Numbered from the whole stretch's first letter, positions 50,256 through 63,486 are shown. The stretch: 63,513 nt of DNA, filler included, from 4 parts of 4 records of this genome joined end to end with filler, not necessarily neighbours in it, one strand, 5' to 3'. Program-made: numbers and translations. Notes: generated by a model not told the origin, from the letters alone.

Positions 50256-50355
50256 NNNNNNNNNNNNNNNNNNNNNNNNNNNNNNNNNNNNNNNNNNNNT
50301 TAATTAATTAANNNNNNNNNNNNNNNNNNNNNNNNNNNNNNNNNNNNNNNNNNNN
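50256..50355. other. Artificial contig linker
   Basis: N44-TTAATTAATTAA-N44. Confidence 0.99.
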
Positions 50356-53300
50356 CACCTGATAATCCTTTGTATACCTCCTTGTCACATCCACACATTC
50401 CTCCGTATTCGTTGCGATGATGTAGGTAAGCTTTTTCCCCCATCCAGCTTCGTATGTGAAGGGACAGTCGTAGATATTTTCGCAGCAGTCCGTGTGCACC
50501 CACGCGTTCTTTTCAGTCGAGAACACCTGGTCGTCAAGCATAGTGATGGGGCAATAAACCTCCAATCAACAAGAATGCCGAGTGAGACAGTGGGAGCCGA
50601 ATAGGACGCGCAGCGCCTTGACCCCAAACACTCACGGTACTCTTGCGCAGACGAAACCGAGAGACGCCGCGCGAAGTGTACTTCTTGCGCCTTGATGAGC
50701 GTTTGTGTGCTCTCCACCGCATTTTCCGTCCCAAGGGGACATATTCAGCAAATAGATTCGTCAGGAAGTGTCCAACCTTTCCCCATCCAATATGCCTAAC
50801 ACCCGTGCAACAGAGCTTCGGCCAGCTCACGCGCACCTCGGTCCACACGTGATCGGTCCAGTCATTCACGAATCGCGCGTCGATTCCGAGTGCGCGGCAG
50901 CAGAGGGTGAACACCTGCGCCCACTCCCCGCAGCGCCCGCGCCGCGTCTCCAGCAAAACCCGAGCATCGTTGTACCGCGGGAAACGGACAATACTACTAC
51001 ACTTCGTGCACTGGTATACTTCAACGCGCGATGCAAGTCCTTGCTGCTCGTGCGGGGTCGGCAGTGCCATTCCGATGGCCTGCGGGACAGTGCAAGCCGG
51101 AAGGAGCGTAGTGGTGTGAGTGATTGTGCGTTGCGCGGCGAGTCCGCGCCATTGACCGCTCGGCCTACTTCCGCGGAGGAGAAAGCTGCTCCTCCATTCT
51201 CTGCTTCCCGAGACGCCCCCCTGTTCAAAAAAAGAGCAACTTCCAAGTGTGCAACCCGATTCTTTTAAGTTTGTACGCATCCGCAACTACGCTGCGCCAA
51301 TGCTGCAAAAAAAGGGTCCGCACGTTTCGCGTGCTCACACACCACATCGCACGCAGCGCAACAGTAGAAGACACTCACGTCTCTACACACATTCCTTCCT
51401 TACAATTTGCGGCAAGGAGAGGCCGCGTGACTACGAAAGTATAGGATTATAAGACTTGCGAAGAAAGACGGCGTTTCTTGCGAGATCTCCTCCATTGTTT
51501 CCACTGCCACGGTCGGACCTTTGTGGCTCCTTCGCAGCTCCAGCAAGGAGGCTCATTGACCCATTGGAAAAAATCCTCCTTGAACCATCGCAGGAGATCC
51601 CGCGTAAGGTCATCACTAGATAAGGAACCCGCGCTGCAATACGGGACGGCGAAATGGGAAAAGAGTGAGATGAACTCATCAACTGTGGCTCCGACGAGTG
51701 CGACAGATCAGCGTGCGTTAGCTGCACTCGAGACGAAGACGTATCAAGGATGCCGAGGCGACACATGGAATGGAACAAGAGAAAGCAAACCAGCTTCAGA
51801 AAGCTATATCATATGTGCACGCATGTGTCATTACCGTACCGAAAAGCGTTACCCTTCTCCACGAGGTCGGCCGGCATAACGGCGCGGGCGGATACGTGCA
51901 GAGTTGGATCCTCGTATTGTCGGAACTGCTGAATCTGCAAGGGCAACAAAAAATAATAATAAAGCGAAACCATGCAAGTACGAAGTGTTACATTAACGGG
52001 TTATTGGACTATGGCCCTCTGGTTTTACTCTAGGAAAGCGGAGGCGCACGTTTGCATCGCGTCGCATTTGCACAGTCTTGGTGCTCTTCCTGTAACGCAC
52101 CGCGCCGTCGATTCGCCGCTGCATTTGGAGTTGCTCCTGCGACTGCAGCTCGCCATGCGGGACGCGCCTGCGGCTGGAACCAGCAGCACTGCGGGCAGCG
52201 TTGCTCTACGGTATGCAAAATACACAGAGAAAACGAGTGATGGAGGTATTGAGTCAATGGTTTTCACGCAGAGTCTCGCGCTGATGCATTGTCCGTCCCA
52301 GAGCCGAGCCGGCAGCGCACGAGCGTGCAACAGTGGTCCCCAGCCCTCTAGCAGCGGTGTTTGTGTTCGACCTGCTGGCTTATCGCGTTTGGCACAAACA
52401 CTGGAAGAGTTCCTAAAACCAATGTATGCGTACATGCGACCATGTCACGCTACTCATGAAACGTACCAAAGCTTGCTGCCGAAGGCGATGCCGAACAGCG
52501 TTGAGAGAGAGGCGAAAAGCTGCCGCCGATATGCGCGTCGCGCGGCGCTCTCCGCTGCGACCGTTCGCGTCCGCTGCGCCGCGCCAATCAGCACAGCGAC
52601 ACAGGGATACATCCCGTTCCAGGAACGCAAAATTTGTCGCTCGTCAGATATATTTTTAATAAAAATATTGTTGGTGTGTATTGGGATCGGAGAGCGAGCT
52701 TGTGTTCCTGCGTGTGCGCGAGGGAATCGGCGACGAGACCGGAGCGCCTCCGAGTGCACAAGCGATCGCAGGCGCGCGCCTTTCATGTTCTACGCAGTGA
52801 CGTACCGCACACTCGCGGAGCGTCCGCTGCCCTTCTGCGCACCCGCACCGTTTGCGACGCCGTGCGCAGCGCGTCCGCAAGAATTGTAGAATCTGTCGCT
52901 TCAAATGACATCCCTGCACAAAAAAAAAATCGTAACGGCACTACGCCTGGGCCTTACAGAGCTTCACAGGGAGCGCGTCTACTCCTCCGCGTTTCTGGTA
53001 GAATGCAGCAGGCATTTCGCTGGTGCTGCTACTGCTGCTCCCAGCGCAGCGCTTGCGTACCCTCAACTTCTTGCTCCGCCACAGGAATACCCGTCAGAGA
53101 CTCGAGCTGGATCTTGAAAATTTCAACGAACCCATCTATTTCGCATTCAATCTCACTGGACTGCGTAATGAGCACCCCGGAGTACAGTAGGGAGACGGCA
53201 ATTGGGGTTTCCGAAGCCACAAAGCGGAGCAGTGTCGGTGCGCCAACGCCAGCGTACGCTGCAGCGGTTCCGCATTGCGAGCATTCTCACACTTCCTTCT

Positions 53301-53370
53301 GCCACTGGGTCTTTCTCTTCAACGCAAGACTATTGTACGAAGAGTTGGTTTGATGAATCAGGAAAGACAT
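50356..53370 (-). CDS. PNG1: Peptide:N-glycanase, multi-exon, 3'-truncated, with N-terminal ubiquitin-like domain
   Basis: Spliced exons give [91 protein letters not shown] introns; 5' exons tentative. Confidence 0.9.
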
Positions 53371-54431
53371 TTGATGATACGAGCGCCTTTTGTTCTCTCT
53401 ACGGCTCGGTAAAGTGCGAGCCACGCAGCACCCAACAAAGCTCATGTACCACTCCTTCCGTGGCGACGATGCAAGGCCTTTGCTTCGCTGTTGCTCCGCC
53501 GAAGCCTCAAACATATTGTGCCAACACACCTCGTCGTCCCATTCAACCCGTACGCGCATTCTGCGGCAATCCTGTTTCGCGACACGGTGGGAAGCGACCG
53601 TTCAGCGCGTGCAGGTTTCTTTCCCCAATGCACCGTGCAGTGGCTCGCAGTACGCCGGGCAAGGCGAGCCCGCAGACTAGGGTGATCGTAATGGGAGCGG
53701 GGACACGAAGAAGGGGAAGGGTATAACGTCTGCCCTGAGCGCCTGGCGATTTCGGACGTGCGCATTGTATTCCAATCACTGGGCACTGCAAGCACACGGC
53801 GCGAAACTGTTGCCCGCAAGGCCAGAGAATTCAGGCACACAAACACGACATCAGATTTTTTTCACCCCCTAAACCCCAGGAATCTAGCACTCCTGGCACG
53901 TACTGCATCGCAACGCGGGGCAGCAGCGCAGAAGTGCTAGAGGAATGCCGTGTGGAAGAAAAAACAACCACGATTGGCCACGCTTTGGAAACACTCACAG
54001 AAAAGAGATTGTTCATACTGAAATACGCAACAGAACAATAGTGGTAGTGAAAAAGTAAAGGAAAGAAACCACCCGCGCGAGCGTTCCCCCCATGTACTTG
54101 CGCAAGCAAATCGCCGGGAGAAAAACGCTGCGCATGCACACAGAAAATAATGTTCATCTATGTGCAAGATTCCCACCCCGCAGAGAAAGCAAAGCAAAGA
54201 AAAGAAAGATCAACACCCACCCCACCCCCCAAGGAAGCGCAACGAAGCACCGCCTTTGAAACGTGCTATGCAAGCACATCTGTCACAATCCTTTTGTTGA
54301 AGCGGAAGGAGCGGCCCGTTGTCGGAGACAGGCAACCTGTTTGCGCTCGACGATGCCAACAGCGTTATCGTTCGTCGGCTGTCCGGCAATGCCGCTGTTC
54401 AAGACAGAAATCCGCTTCGGCAGAAGCCCTC

Positions 54432-56451
54432 CTACTCGTTGAAGGGCGGGAAGAGAATGCCCGAGTCAGGGCAACTCCATCCGTTGGAAGAAGGGCAGTC
54501 CTGCAGCTGCAGATCCGGGGAAACGCAGAGCTGCACAGCGGAAAGCTGCTTCTTGCCATCTTTGGACTCGGTGCACTGAAGCACCGCGGTAGGGAACGCA
54601 GACTGCAGGGGGTTCAGGAAGTCTTCCTGCGAGTATTCCTTCGTCCACGACGGCGTCACACCGGCATCGGAGAGAATCGAAACCAAATCGATCTTCTCGC
54701 GAAGTGAGAGAACAAAGTTGAAGTACTGGCGCTCGCTGCTGAGCGAAGACAGCGCGCAGGTTCCGTGCTTCTCCCACTCGTGCGTCCAGAACGACTCATC
54801 CGGGCCGGACAATGACGGCCAGTACTCGTTCAGCGACGTCCGCAGATCTGCACATGACACAAGCCAATCGCATCCACGCCTCTCTGTCAGCGATTCCGTG
54901 TGAAACATTCCGTCTTACTTCCGCTCTAGTTCCTAGGTGCTCCAAGCAGATGGTTTGTGGCCGAAAAAGGCCCTCGCACGAAGAGCTTTACGCACCGGAG
55001 ATCTTCGAGTAGTCAAACGGCATCGACTTGTTGCAGAACGACGGGTAGCTGCCATCGTTGTAGTTCGGCCACAGCCCGTCTGCGTTTGCAAAAAGTGGCA
55101 CCGCACATTCCGGCGCACAGCAAGTTAGTCCACGTTCTTGTCTGCAGAAACAGCGAAATACATACGCACTACACCGCAAGCCTGCTCCATGGTACCCATC
55201 ACCAAAGGTATGCTGCTGACGATTCAACGATGCATATGGAGGAACAGCGCGCTGCGAACAAGCTGTCGCTTCTGAACGTGAACGTACGGACAAGGAATCC
55301 ATCCACCGGGTGAGGGCTGCACATCGTTGGTTTGTACAAACACAAGCGCAGAAATAAACCTTGTTACAACTTGTGCAGCAGAGAGCACTGGAGCATGCTT
55401 GGAAAGGGAGCAAGCGGGGGGGGGCGTTCCAACGGCGCGGGAAGCGGCGCGAACGCTTTCGCGGGGCCGGCGAGGCTGCACACAGCTTCTTGTCGAGGGT
55501 ACCCTGGATTTCTCCGAGGCCCCGGACAAGGGAGCCAGATACCCGCGGAGCCAAAGGCCGGCGGGTGCGCGACAGGCACGGCCCCGCACAGCAACGAACG
55601 CCGCACGCTAATTATCGCTCAAAATACCACCGCTATCGAATCGCGAATATACGTATGCATTCACGATATACCAAGCATTGGTAGAAAGAGCCTGACGCTG
55701 ATCGGCAACGCGCAAAAGGACGACAGCAGCCACAGGGGGCACCACCGGCTCCTGCCAGTAGCCTGCCGCTCGGCATGCGAGACGCCAAGCGAGAGGAACG
55801 CCAGCTGAACGAAAACACCGTAGTCCCACCTTGCTAGCGCGCATAATAAGTCCCTCAGAGGTGCGAAGCTAGTACGAATAGGATGTCAACACCATTATTC
55901 TGATAGAGCTAATATTCAATCATCACCGGGACTTATTCCGCGCGCAGGGGAACACTGGGCTCGTCCAGCGCAAAGCGGTCGCAGGCACGCATTTGTAGCA
56001 CCATGGCGCCGACTGCCGTCGTCGCCGGACTGCTACTTGGTATTCTACCGTGGCGCGGTTCGCCACATCACATCTCTTATATCCGCCCCGATTACTTGGT
56101 CGGCCTAGCTCCACAAGCGAAAAAAGTACGCAGAATGTAACACAGCTTCGGCGCAAAGGCGGCGACCTTGTCCGCACCGCGCAAGCTTCGCGAGCGTTCG
56201 GCAACGTCCTCCGCCTGTTGAGCGCGCGAAAAAGGGGCCCCTCTTTCGCGTAGGGCGACGCCGAGGCCACGTGAGCAGCGCACGCACCTTGGTACCGTGC
56301 AGCCCTGGCGAGTATTGCAGTACGATCCTGGCCAGCCCTGCACAAAGAGCATGTAATCAAAGTTTCCTTCGAATGCACCGCTCTTATGGTGATAGGCGCT
56401 GGAGGCAGCAAAGACTGCAACAAGAGCAAAGACAACCGCCGTGCGCGACAT
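54432..56451 (-). CDS. Secreted ribonuclease T2; exons 56451-56288, 55316-55288, 55079-54996, 54847-54432
   Basis: Signal peptide, FDY.LFVQGWPGSYC, CAS I FLVHGLWP, CAS II FWTHEWEKHGTC; all introns GT-AG and in phase. Confidence 0.93.
55845..55937 (-). ncRNA. Intronic box C/D snoRNA with two rRNA guides
   Basis: 10-bp terminal stem AATAAGTCCC/GGGACTTATT, C box GTGATGA, D' CAGA, C' GTGTTGA, D CTGA; guide TATTAGCTCTA is complementary to conserved 18S UAGAGCUAAUA. Confidence 0.88.
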
Positions 56452-56893
56452 GGTGGCTTGGGAGGGCCTGGGAAGGCGGAGGAGAGTGGTGTCTCTTTCG
56501 GGCAGGATAATCCTGACACCAAACGCGCGGCGCCACGCGCCGCACGCCATGGCGCGGATTCAACACTAACCCTACACAACGTGGACGGCGAGCGGAAATG
56601 ATACACAGACCCCTACATAGCCTAAACCGCGACGGTAGTTGCACGGCACTATCGATCAGGCTTAGAATGCACGTCTTACAAGTAGAACAGGCCAGATCGT
56701 GACTTGATCACACTTCTTTCTCTTGTGACCAGCAGCGGCCGCAGCTCGTCCAGTGCGTGCGCATTGATTGCTGCGCTAGTCAGGTGGTTGTCACAGAGCG
56801 CCAGCGGAGGCAGCAGCGCCGGCAGCAGGCGTACCGGTTGGGATTCCGTTGCGTGCGCTCACCAAGAGAGCCAGTGCGGCGCCTAGAGGCCCT

Positions 56894-59800
56894 ATGGAGG
56901 TTTCTTATCGTTCTTTCCTTGACTGGTTGAGTCTGTACGCACTGTACGGGATTGAATGGTGCTGCGCCGTGCTCGAAGCCCGGCTCGGCTGGGCGCCGCC
57001 TGACGACGTGCACGCGCGTGCGCAAGGTTTGTTCTTAGCGTCCATGGCACTTCACTGGAACGCTGCCGAGGTTTCGAGCGGTGTGGAAGTCAGCCCATTG
57101 GTTTTTCGTCTTCGAGCGTCAGCTCGCTCTGTTTCAGGCGTAGAAGCATATCATGCATCACGTGCGAAGCTGTGGAGGAAAATAGGTTTCGTATGCCTCC
57201 TTCGCTCGTTTCGTCGTGTCTTGTGCGCGCAGCTTCCGTGCCTTCGAACGACACGTCCAAGTTAGGACGGTCGCGCCGTGGTTGCACGCGTGCAGTACTT
57301 TCGCCATGCACCGCTTTTGCGCGATACCCATTCTTGCTCCCAGTGGCCGTGTGTTCTGGAAGGCACCGCGCTAGAAAACCTCCGTCGCACGTCGTTGCAG
57401 GGTGAAAGAGTGTGTCGTGTTTGTCCTGCCTTGGAGCGAAATGCTCCTCGCTTTCTTTTTCGCTATCGCCCCGCCGCTCCGGCTCGTGCGGAGGAGGAGC
57501 GGCGGGTCGCGGCAGCTGTTGACAGGGCTGCGCAGTGAGGTGGTGCACCGACCTCCGGCGCCTCGGCCTCGCCGCGCTCCGGCAGCGACGAGGCGCGAAA
57601 CCCGCCGTTCACTGCCTCACCAAGGGAAAGCGGAAACCCCAGAGGATATCGTGATACACTGCATGCTCTTTGAGAACGACATGGGCGCATGTAGCGGTCT
57701 CCTTGGCGCCCTTGGCGTTTTCGCGAGGTTGTAACGCACGCGCCTTCGCAGCGAAAGCCTGCGCGTCCTCGTTGCGCGCCTGTATCTCTGTCAAACCGCA
57801 CTACTGCCCGCAGGCTCACTCACTGCTATTGCGCCTAAGAATATTCATGTTTTCCTCGCCAATCTATTTCTATTATGACAATGAGACGAGTTGCGGGGCT
57901 TTTCACCACCTTGTTTCTACCCTCTCCAACGTTGCCCTGACGCTTGTGCGGCATTGTTTTTGGCTTTTCGTGTTCTCCCGTGCGCGCTGGCGTGCAGCTG
58001 AGCTGCATCTTCCTAAGCTCGCGCCTCTTCCGCACGGATCTCGCCGTCTTGTGCGTGGTGTAAAAAAGGTGCGTAGGCAACTCAATCTTTCTTGTCACAT
58101 GAAACGGTATCCTGCGATGTAGCTTTTGAACACTTGCTCCTTGCGAGGCCTCACGTGGAGGAATGGTTGTGGCCGTCGGCAAACTCCCGTTGCCTCCTCA
58201 CTGCCGCAGACGCTCGTGATCGACCTGGACGAGACGCTGGTGCACTCGACACTGCAGCGTCCTGGTACGTACACCTGTGTCGCATGCTCCTAATCTTGCA
58301 CAGTTTCCATCTCTTTGGTTGACAAAACGAGATAAAGAGGAGAAATGTGCAAGGAATAGCTCGTGATCTGACGCGAGGCGCAGCTATGTTGCCAGAGGTT
58401 GTGCTCTTCGTGCAGCTCCGCAAGTCTTTCTTCGTTTCTCCCTCCAGTGTCGGTGCCTGCCTTTGCTGATCCTAACTTTCCTTCCGCGCTACCGTTGACT
58501 GTATATGGAACACCAGGCGGAAGTGACACCACGGGATCCGACTTGACTGTGACACTGCAAATTGACCATGCACACGTGTCGTTTGATGTTCTCAAACGGC
58601 CGATGGTCGCTGATTTTTTGCGGCAGGTACGCAGTCACCGCTTTGCGCCAACCTTCCCCAGCAGCGGGGAGCAGTCCCCAGCGGATTCTCCACGCGCGGC
58701 TATTTGTCCAAGTTGCGTCCCGCCGCATGCGCACTGGATCTGCCTGTTGTGTAAACAGATACTGCACTTAGTGTGCGTAGCGCGAAGCTCGCTCGCTGTT
58801 TTCTTGGCGGACAGTTCGCGATGCGATATATGTCTCGTCGCGCGTGCTCGGCTTCCTATGGTAGCGCGTGGAACCGCACGAACAAAGCTCTTCCCGCCCC
58901 GCCCCGCGCGCACCGACGTTACCGCGGGTGTGATCATCGGGTAGAGTCCCAGTAACTTGGTTTACATCCGCAAGAAACTTGCCATTCTCTGGGTATGGGT
59001 ATCATACCGCTTTGTGCGCGCGCAGGTGTCGCAGTGGTACGTACTTGCGGTCTTTACGGCGAGCTTGAAGCCGTATGCGGAGCCTATCATCGGTACGCTC
59101 GCTGCATGCGGCGCGGTGGAACCAAGCAAGAGCCGCCACACTCCAAGCAATGGTCGTTCCCGCGTTCCCTGAACGTACGAATACTGGATTGGTTTGCTGC
59201 GGCTTTCTTTTGGCAGATTCTCTGGAGGATAGCGTAGGAACACCGCTGAGCTCAAACCCGGTGTTTACGAAACGACTATTCCGTGATGTACGTTGCGCGT
59301 CGCCTGCCGGCGCGCATGCGAATGCTGCTCAGCAGCGCTGTGCGTTTGCATAGAAAGAGAGTGCTGCTCACAAATCTGATGCAAAAGAAATCGTATGCGA
59401 TTTTTGTGTGGTTCTGGATTCGGTTTGGTAGTAAAATCGGGCTCTGTCGGCGGAAAATCTTCTACTGTGTCGCACAAACGCTGGCTCTGCCCGCTAAAGC
59501 AATGCTCCTCGACTGTGCTCATAGTGCTTATATGTGCGGCGCACCTCGCTCTTTGAAACGTTACCGTGGAATCTGTCGCGTGTACGCAGCATTGTACGGG
59601 CATTAAGGGCGCGTATGTCAAGGATCTGAGTGTGCTTCGGCAGGACCTCGCGCGCGTGCTGATCATGGATAACTCGGCGGTTGCTTTCGCAGCGAATCCC
59701 GATAATGCTGTCCCAATGAAAGCGTGGTATGGCAGTGCATCAGACTACACGCTGCGCACTGCGCTGCCATTTTTAGATGCTCTAAGGTTCGTTTGTGTGG

Positions 59801-60137
59801 GCGTGGGCGAGCTCGATGAACTGCACAAGGACGCAATCTCTTCTTGGCATTGGTGTTAGCATCTCCTCTCGGCGCTGGTGAATCTTCTCCTGGACGAGAA
59901 AGGTACATGGCTTTCGGCCCGCGGTTCTCGATACGCTGTACTAAACAAAAACCACGCTGGCGAATAGTGCGTGGCACTACGGACCGGACAAGCGTGCTAT
60001 CTGTTTCGCGAGACAAAAGATTAAGTTACAGACTCGCTTCCGTCCACCTTTTGTTTTCTGTTCCGTACACTTCCGTCTCACTCCGCTGCAGTTTTGTGGA
60101 CGACGTTCGTTCGATCTTGAAGCTGCGTACGACATAG
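56894..60137 (+). CDS. NEM1: NEM1/Dullard (CTDNEP1)-like FCP/SCP HAD phosphatase, multi-exon
   Basis: Exons encode KK|TLVIDLDETLVHS, KRPMVADFL, VFTAS..YA, RLFRD|HC, YVKDL, IMDNS, LPFLDALR|FVDDVRSIL; N-terminal exon structure uncertain. Confidence 0.85.
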
Positions 60138-60932
60138 TTATACCTCTTCCTTTGCACGCCAACGGGCGTCTTCTTCTCAATCTGTGATATAAATATTTGC
60201 GCATTTTATAGTCTCTCAGAAGCTGTGGTGTAGCCTTCGTATAAATCTTCCTATATCTATCGTGCCAGCGCACGGTGTTATTGTTTGCGCTGGGCAGTGT
60301 GTTTTTGCGCGCTTGTCGCGTTTGAATGCTGCTACGCGTCACGCAGCAAGGCAGTGCCGGCAAACGCTATCAGTGTGGCCGCGTAGAGGAAGAGATTCTG
60401 TGGTCTCCTTTTCTTTGAAGAGTCTCTCACGGAGAAAAAGAATAAAGCGCGGTGCTGGGGTTCCCAACAGCGTTGCGCAAGCTGCACGGCACTGCGCTCT
60501 GCGACGCGGCGCGGCGCGACAGGAGCCCAGGTAGCGATGCTCCGCTTAGTGGGGCTGAATTGCTACAACCACACGGATGCACAGAACGAACCAAATGCAG
60601 GTGAAATTGCAATATGTATATCACATAAGTTAAAAGACCATTACCTCTGTACTCCACGCGATATTTTTTGTTTGCCGCTGCACTGCTGCTCCTGCGGCAG
60701 CGGCCGCACTGTGCTGCTTTGCTGCTCGCGTGCACTCGGGCGGACGCGATTCTTTGCGCGTTGCACTGCTGCTTCGCAGTCCACTTCTGCGGCCCCTGCT
60801 GTGCTCCTGGCCCAGCATTTCCGCTTCGTATCCCCGCTCGTGCCTTAGAGGGAATACAAACGCTCCTTTGAGGAGCCCTTTCATTCTCTCTCCGCAAGCG
60901 TCGCATCCCGAGCGGGTCGCGCAAACGCAGCA

Positions 60933-63347
60933 ATGCACTCGTCGCACGTGTCGCAGTTCTTTGTCATCTCCTCGCGCGGCGACACCCTCCTCTCACGAGA
61001 CTGTACGTTTCCAGAGCCACAGCTTCTATTTCGCCATGCACGTTTGCGAGTATCATTGTCCCAGACGCGAGTAGAGCTCAAAGTGGGAACGTGCGATGCT
61101 ACGCGTGGATTTTAGGTCGGGCTGTTCGCTGCGCGTCAGCGGCACGAGCGCGCTTTCGGGCTGCTGGCGCGCGCCGCGCAGCGCGCTTGCCAGTCGCGCG
61201 CCAGGAGCCGCGTCCTGCGCACCCCGCGGCTTCCCTGCGTGCTGCACCCGCGAGCCGCACAGACAAACGAAAGGACTTCGAGCCAACACGAGAAAAACAC
61301 GCTATCATAAAGATAATTTGGTACCATAGACATCTATTGATAATTTGTATGCATGGGTTGCGCTGGAATGGCCGCTCGCGCGGCGTTTTTGGAGCATTGG
61401 GCGGCGCGTTTGGTCGCAGAGGAGGGGTTTCCCCCGTGCGGAACTGGTCCAGCTGTCCCGCGCCAGCTTTGCGCTGCCGTGCAATCGTGTATCCGTGAAT
61501 CTCCAACGTACCAACAACTTCCCCGTGAATGTTATGCGTACATCCGTAAAACAAAAGTTCGTCTGTCATTCACCGCGGCTGCGCCCGTAGAATGCCCATA
61601 TTGGTCCTCTGCGGCCTCGTTCTCCGCCAGCGCGGTCGGTTTCGTGAGTTGTCACAGCGGCGTCGCCGTCGAGCTCGAGCGCTCTCCCTCCTTGTTCGCT
61701 CACGCGCTCCTCTACCCGTTGAACCGGCGTACGCGTGTGCGCACCGCATGAATTGACCTAATCTCTTTTTCTCTCCTGCCTTTGTGATCCATGCCATCCT
61801 TGGCAATTTCGGCGCAGTTCGGGGCGATGTCGTGCGCGGGACGGCGGACATTTTCTTCCGCAAGGTCAAAGAGGACAGCGAGCTGCCTCCCGTATATGTA
61901 CGTCCCTTGCGCGCCTCACGCGTGGCGAACGCTTTTGCCGCTTCGTCGCACCGATCATTCGTTTCTATGGGCAAGCTATCGTCTTTTGAAAGGGCTCCTT
62001 TCTGTGGCCTTCGACGCTTGCACCGGTGCAGAATCTTGACGGACTCACGTTTATCTCGATGAAGCGCGGCGCTCTATACTTTCTCGTGACGACGAACGAC
62101 AACGCTTCCGCGTCGCTCTGCCTCGAGCTCCTTGGGAGAATCGTGAAAGTATTCAAGGACTATTGCGGTGTCTTGTCGGAAGAAGCGATACGCTACAACT
62201 TTGTCCTTCTCTACGAAATTCTGGATGAAATGATTGTACGTGCGCGGGAGATTGAGGCGCGATTCGCCGGTTGCGACGACACTGGGCGTGCGTAGATTCC
62301 CACCTTTTTTCTCTTCTTCTCGCATTGCGCGAGCGCTCAAAGTTGGACGCTGTAGCAGTATTGGGTCCTCTGTGTTCGGTAATTGCAACTGTACAGTGTA
62401 GTCGAGGAGTATCGGATGGAGAAAGCTCTGTATGTTGCGCTTCCTTCCAGCGCGTAACATGGAGTAGAATCGCGCGTCGATCTAGCGCCTGTGCATTTCC
62501 GCATCAACAAGACGCGGCGTTTATCGTTCTCTCTTGCGGCGAGGAAGATCGTCTGCGTTGTCGGTGTCCTGCCTTACATGTGAGAAAGTGTGGCAGTCCG
62601 TTGTGCTTTGTCCGTTGCGACACTGTTCCCCTTTATGCCGCTGACTCGGCTACCGGTTGTCTCCTCTTCACCGGCGCGTATGAACAGGACTTTGGCTATC
62701 CGCAGCTCGTATCCACGGAAATTCTCAAGACTTTCATTCACAATGAGCCTGTTGCTGTGGAAGGTAGTACCGATTCGACCGCCGAGCGGCTGCGGCAGCT
62801 GAAACTCAAGGGCGAACGGAAAACGATTTCGTCCTTGGCCGTCACGAAACCAATCCACACAGGTCCGCGCACAGTGGAATCTAGATGTGATTCATTGGAT
62901 CACCTACGTGTCACCGACTCTCTCAGTCGTTTGTTTTGTTCGCTTTTAGATCCATTGATCCGCGTTGCGTTTGTATTGAAGAATGGCGTTTACCATTGTT
63001 GTTCTTTTCTGAGCGAGAAGTACAGTCGACATATCTGTGTCTCTGCATCGTTCCATGTTGTAATATCAACTTCAGATGTCCTTTGGTGAGTGGAATCCGT
63101 GAAAAACACTCGGGTGATGCAGCTGGCTATTTCTACGAGGATAAAATAGAAGGCGCTGTTTCATTATTGCCTCTCATGCCAATGTCTTTAATGCTTCGGT
63201 TGCCTTGTGTGGTTTTTATTTTTCTATGTGTGCGTTTCCTCTCGCGCAGATCGTGGAAAGAGCCAGACGAACGAGATCTTCTTAGACATCATCGAACGCA
63301 TCAATGTTCTCTTTAGCTCAACTGGATCGTTGCAAAACTACACCATT
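60933..63347 (+). CDS. AP4M1: AP-4 adaptor complex mu subunit, multi-exon, 3'-truncated
   Basis: SQFFVISSRGDTLLSRD|FRGD, FKDYCGVLSEEAIRYNFVLLYEILDEMI|DFGYPQ..STE.LK, NEIFLDIIERINVLF. Confidence 0.88.
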
Positions 63348-63486
63348 GGTTCGTGTGCACCGTGTATAGGCAGAGGAGTATGAAAAGGACTTTAGTGTCT
63401 CATCTCCTTGCGCGATGATCCATCGCGTATTCGGTTTACCTCTATTTTTCTCAGTGATCTGCATCGTTGATCATTTTCTGTCCCAT

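Noticed and set aside
51972-52889. 305-aa plus-strand ORF and many other ORFs in the eukaryotic contig
   Set aside because: Antisense to or spanning introns of the spliced genes; low-information Arg/Ala/Cys-rich translations
53866-53877. CCCTAAA telomere-like heptamer
   Set aside because: Single copy, not tandem
55790-55799. 10-nt match to the sarcin-ricin loop sequence CGAGAGGAAC
   Set aside because: No C/D boxes around it; a 10-mer match to some part of rRNA is expected by chance
55990-56095. Possible H/ACA snoRNA in the same RNase T2 intron (AGAATA box, hairpin, ACA)
   Set aside because: The first hairpin is poor and the pocket-to-ACA distance is about 8 nt instead of 14-16
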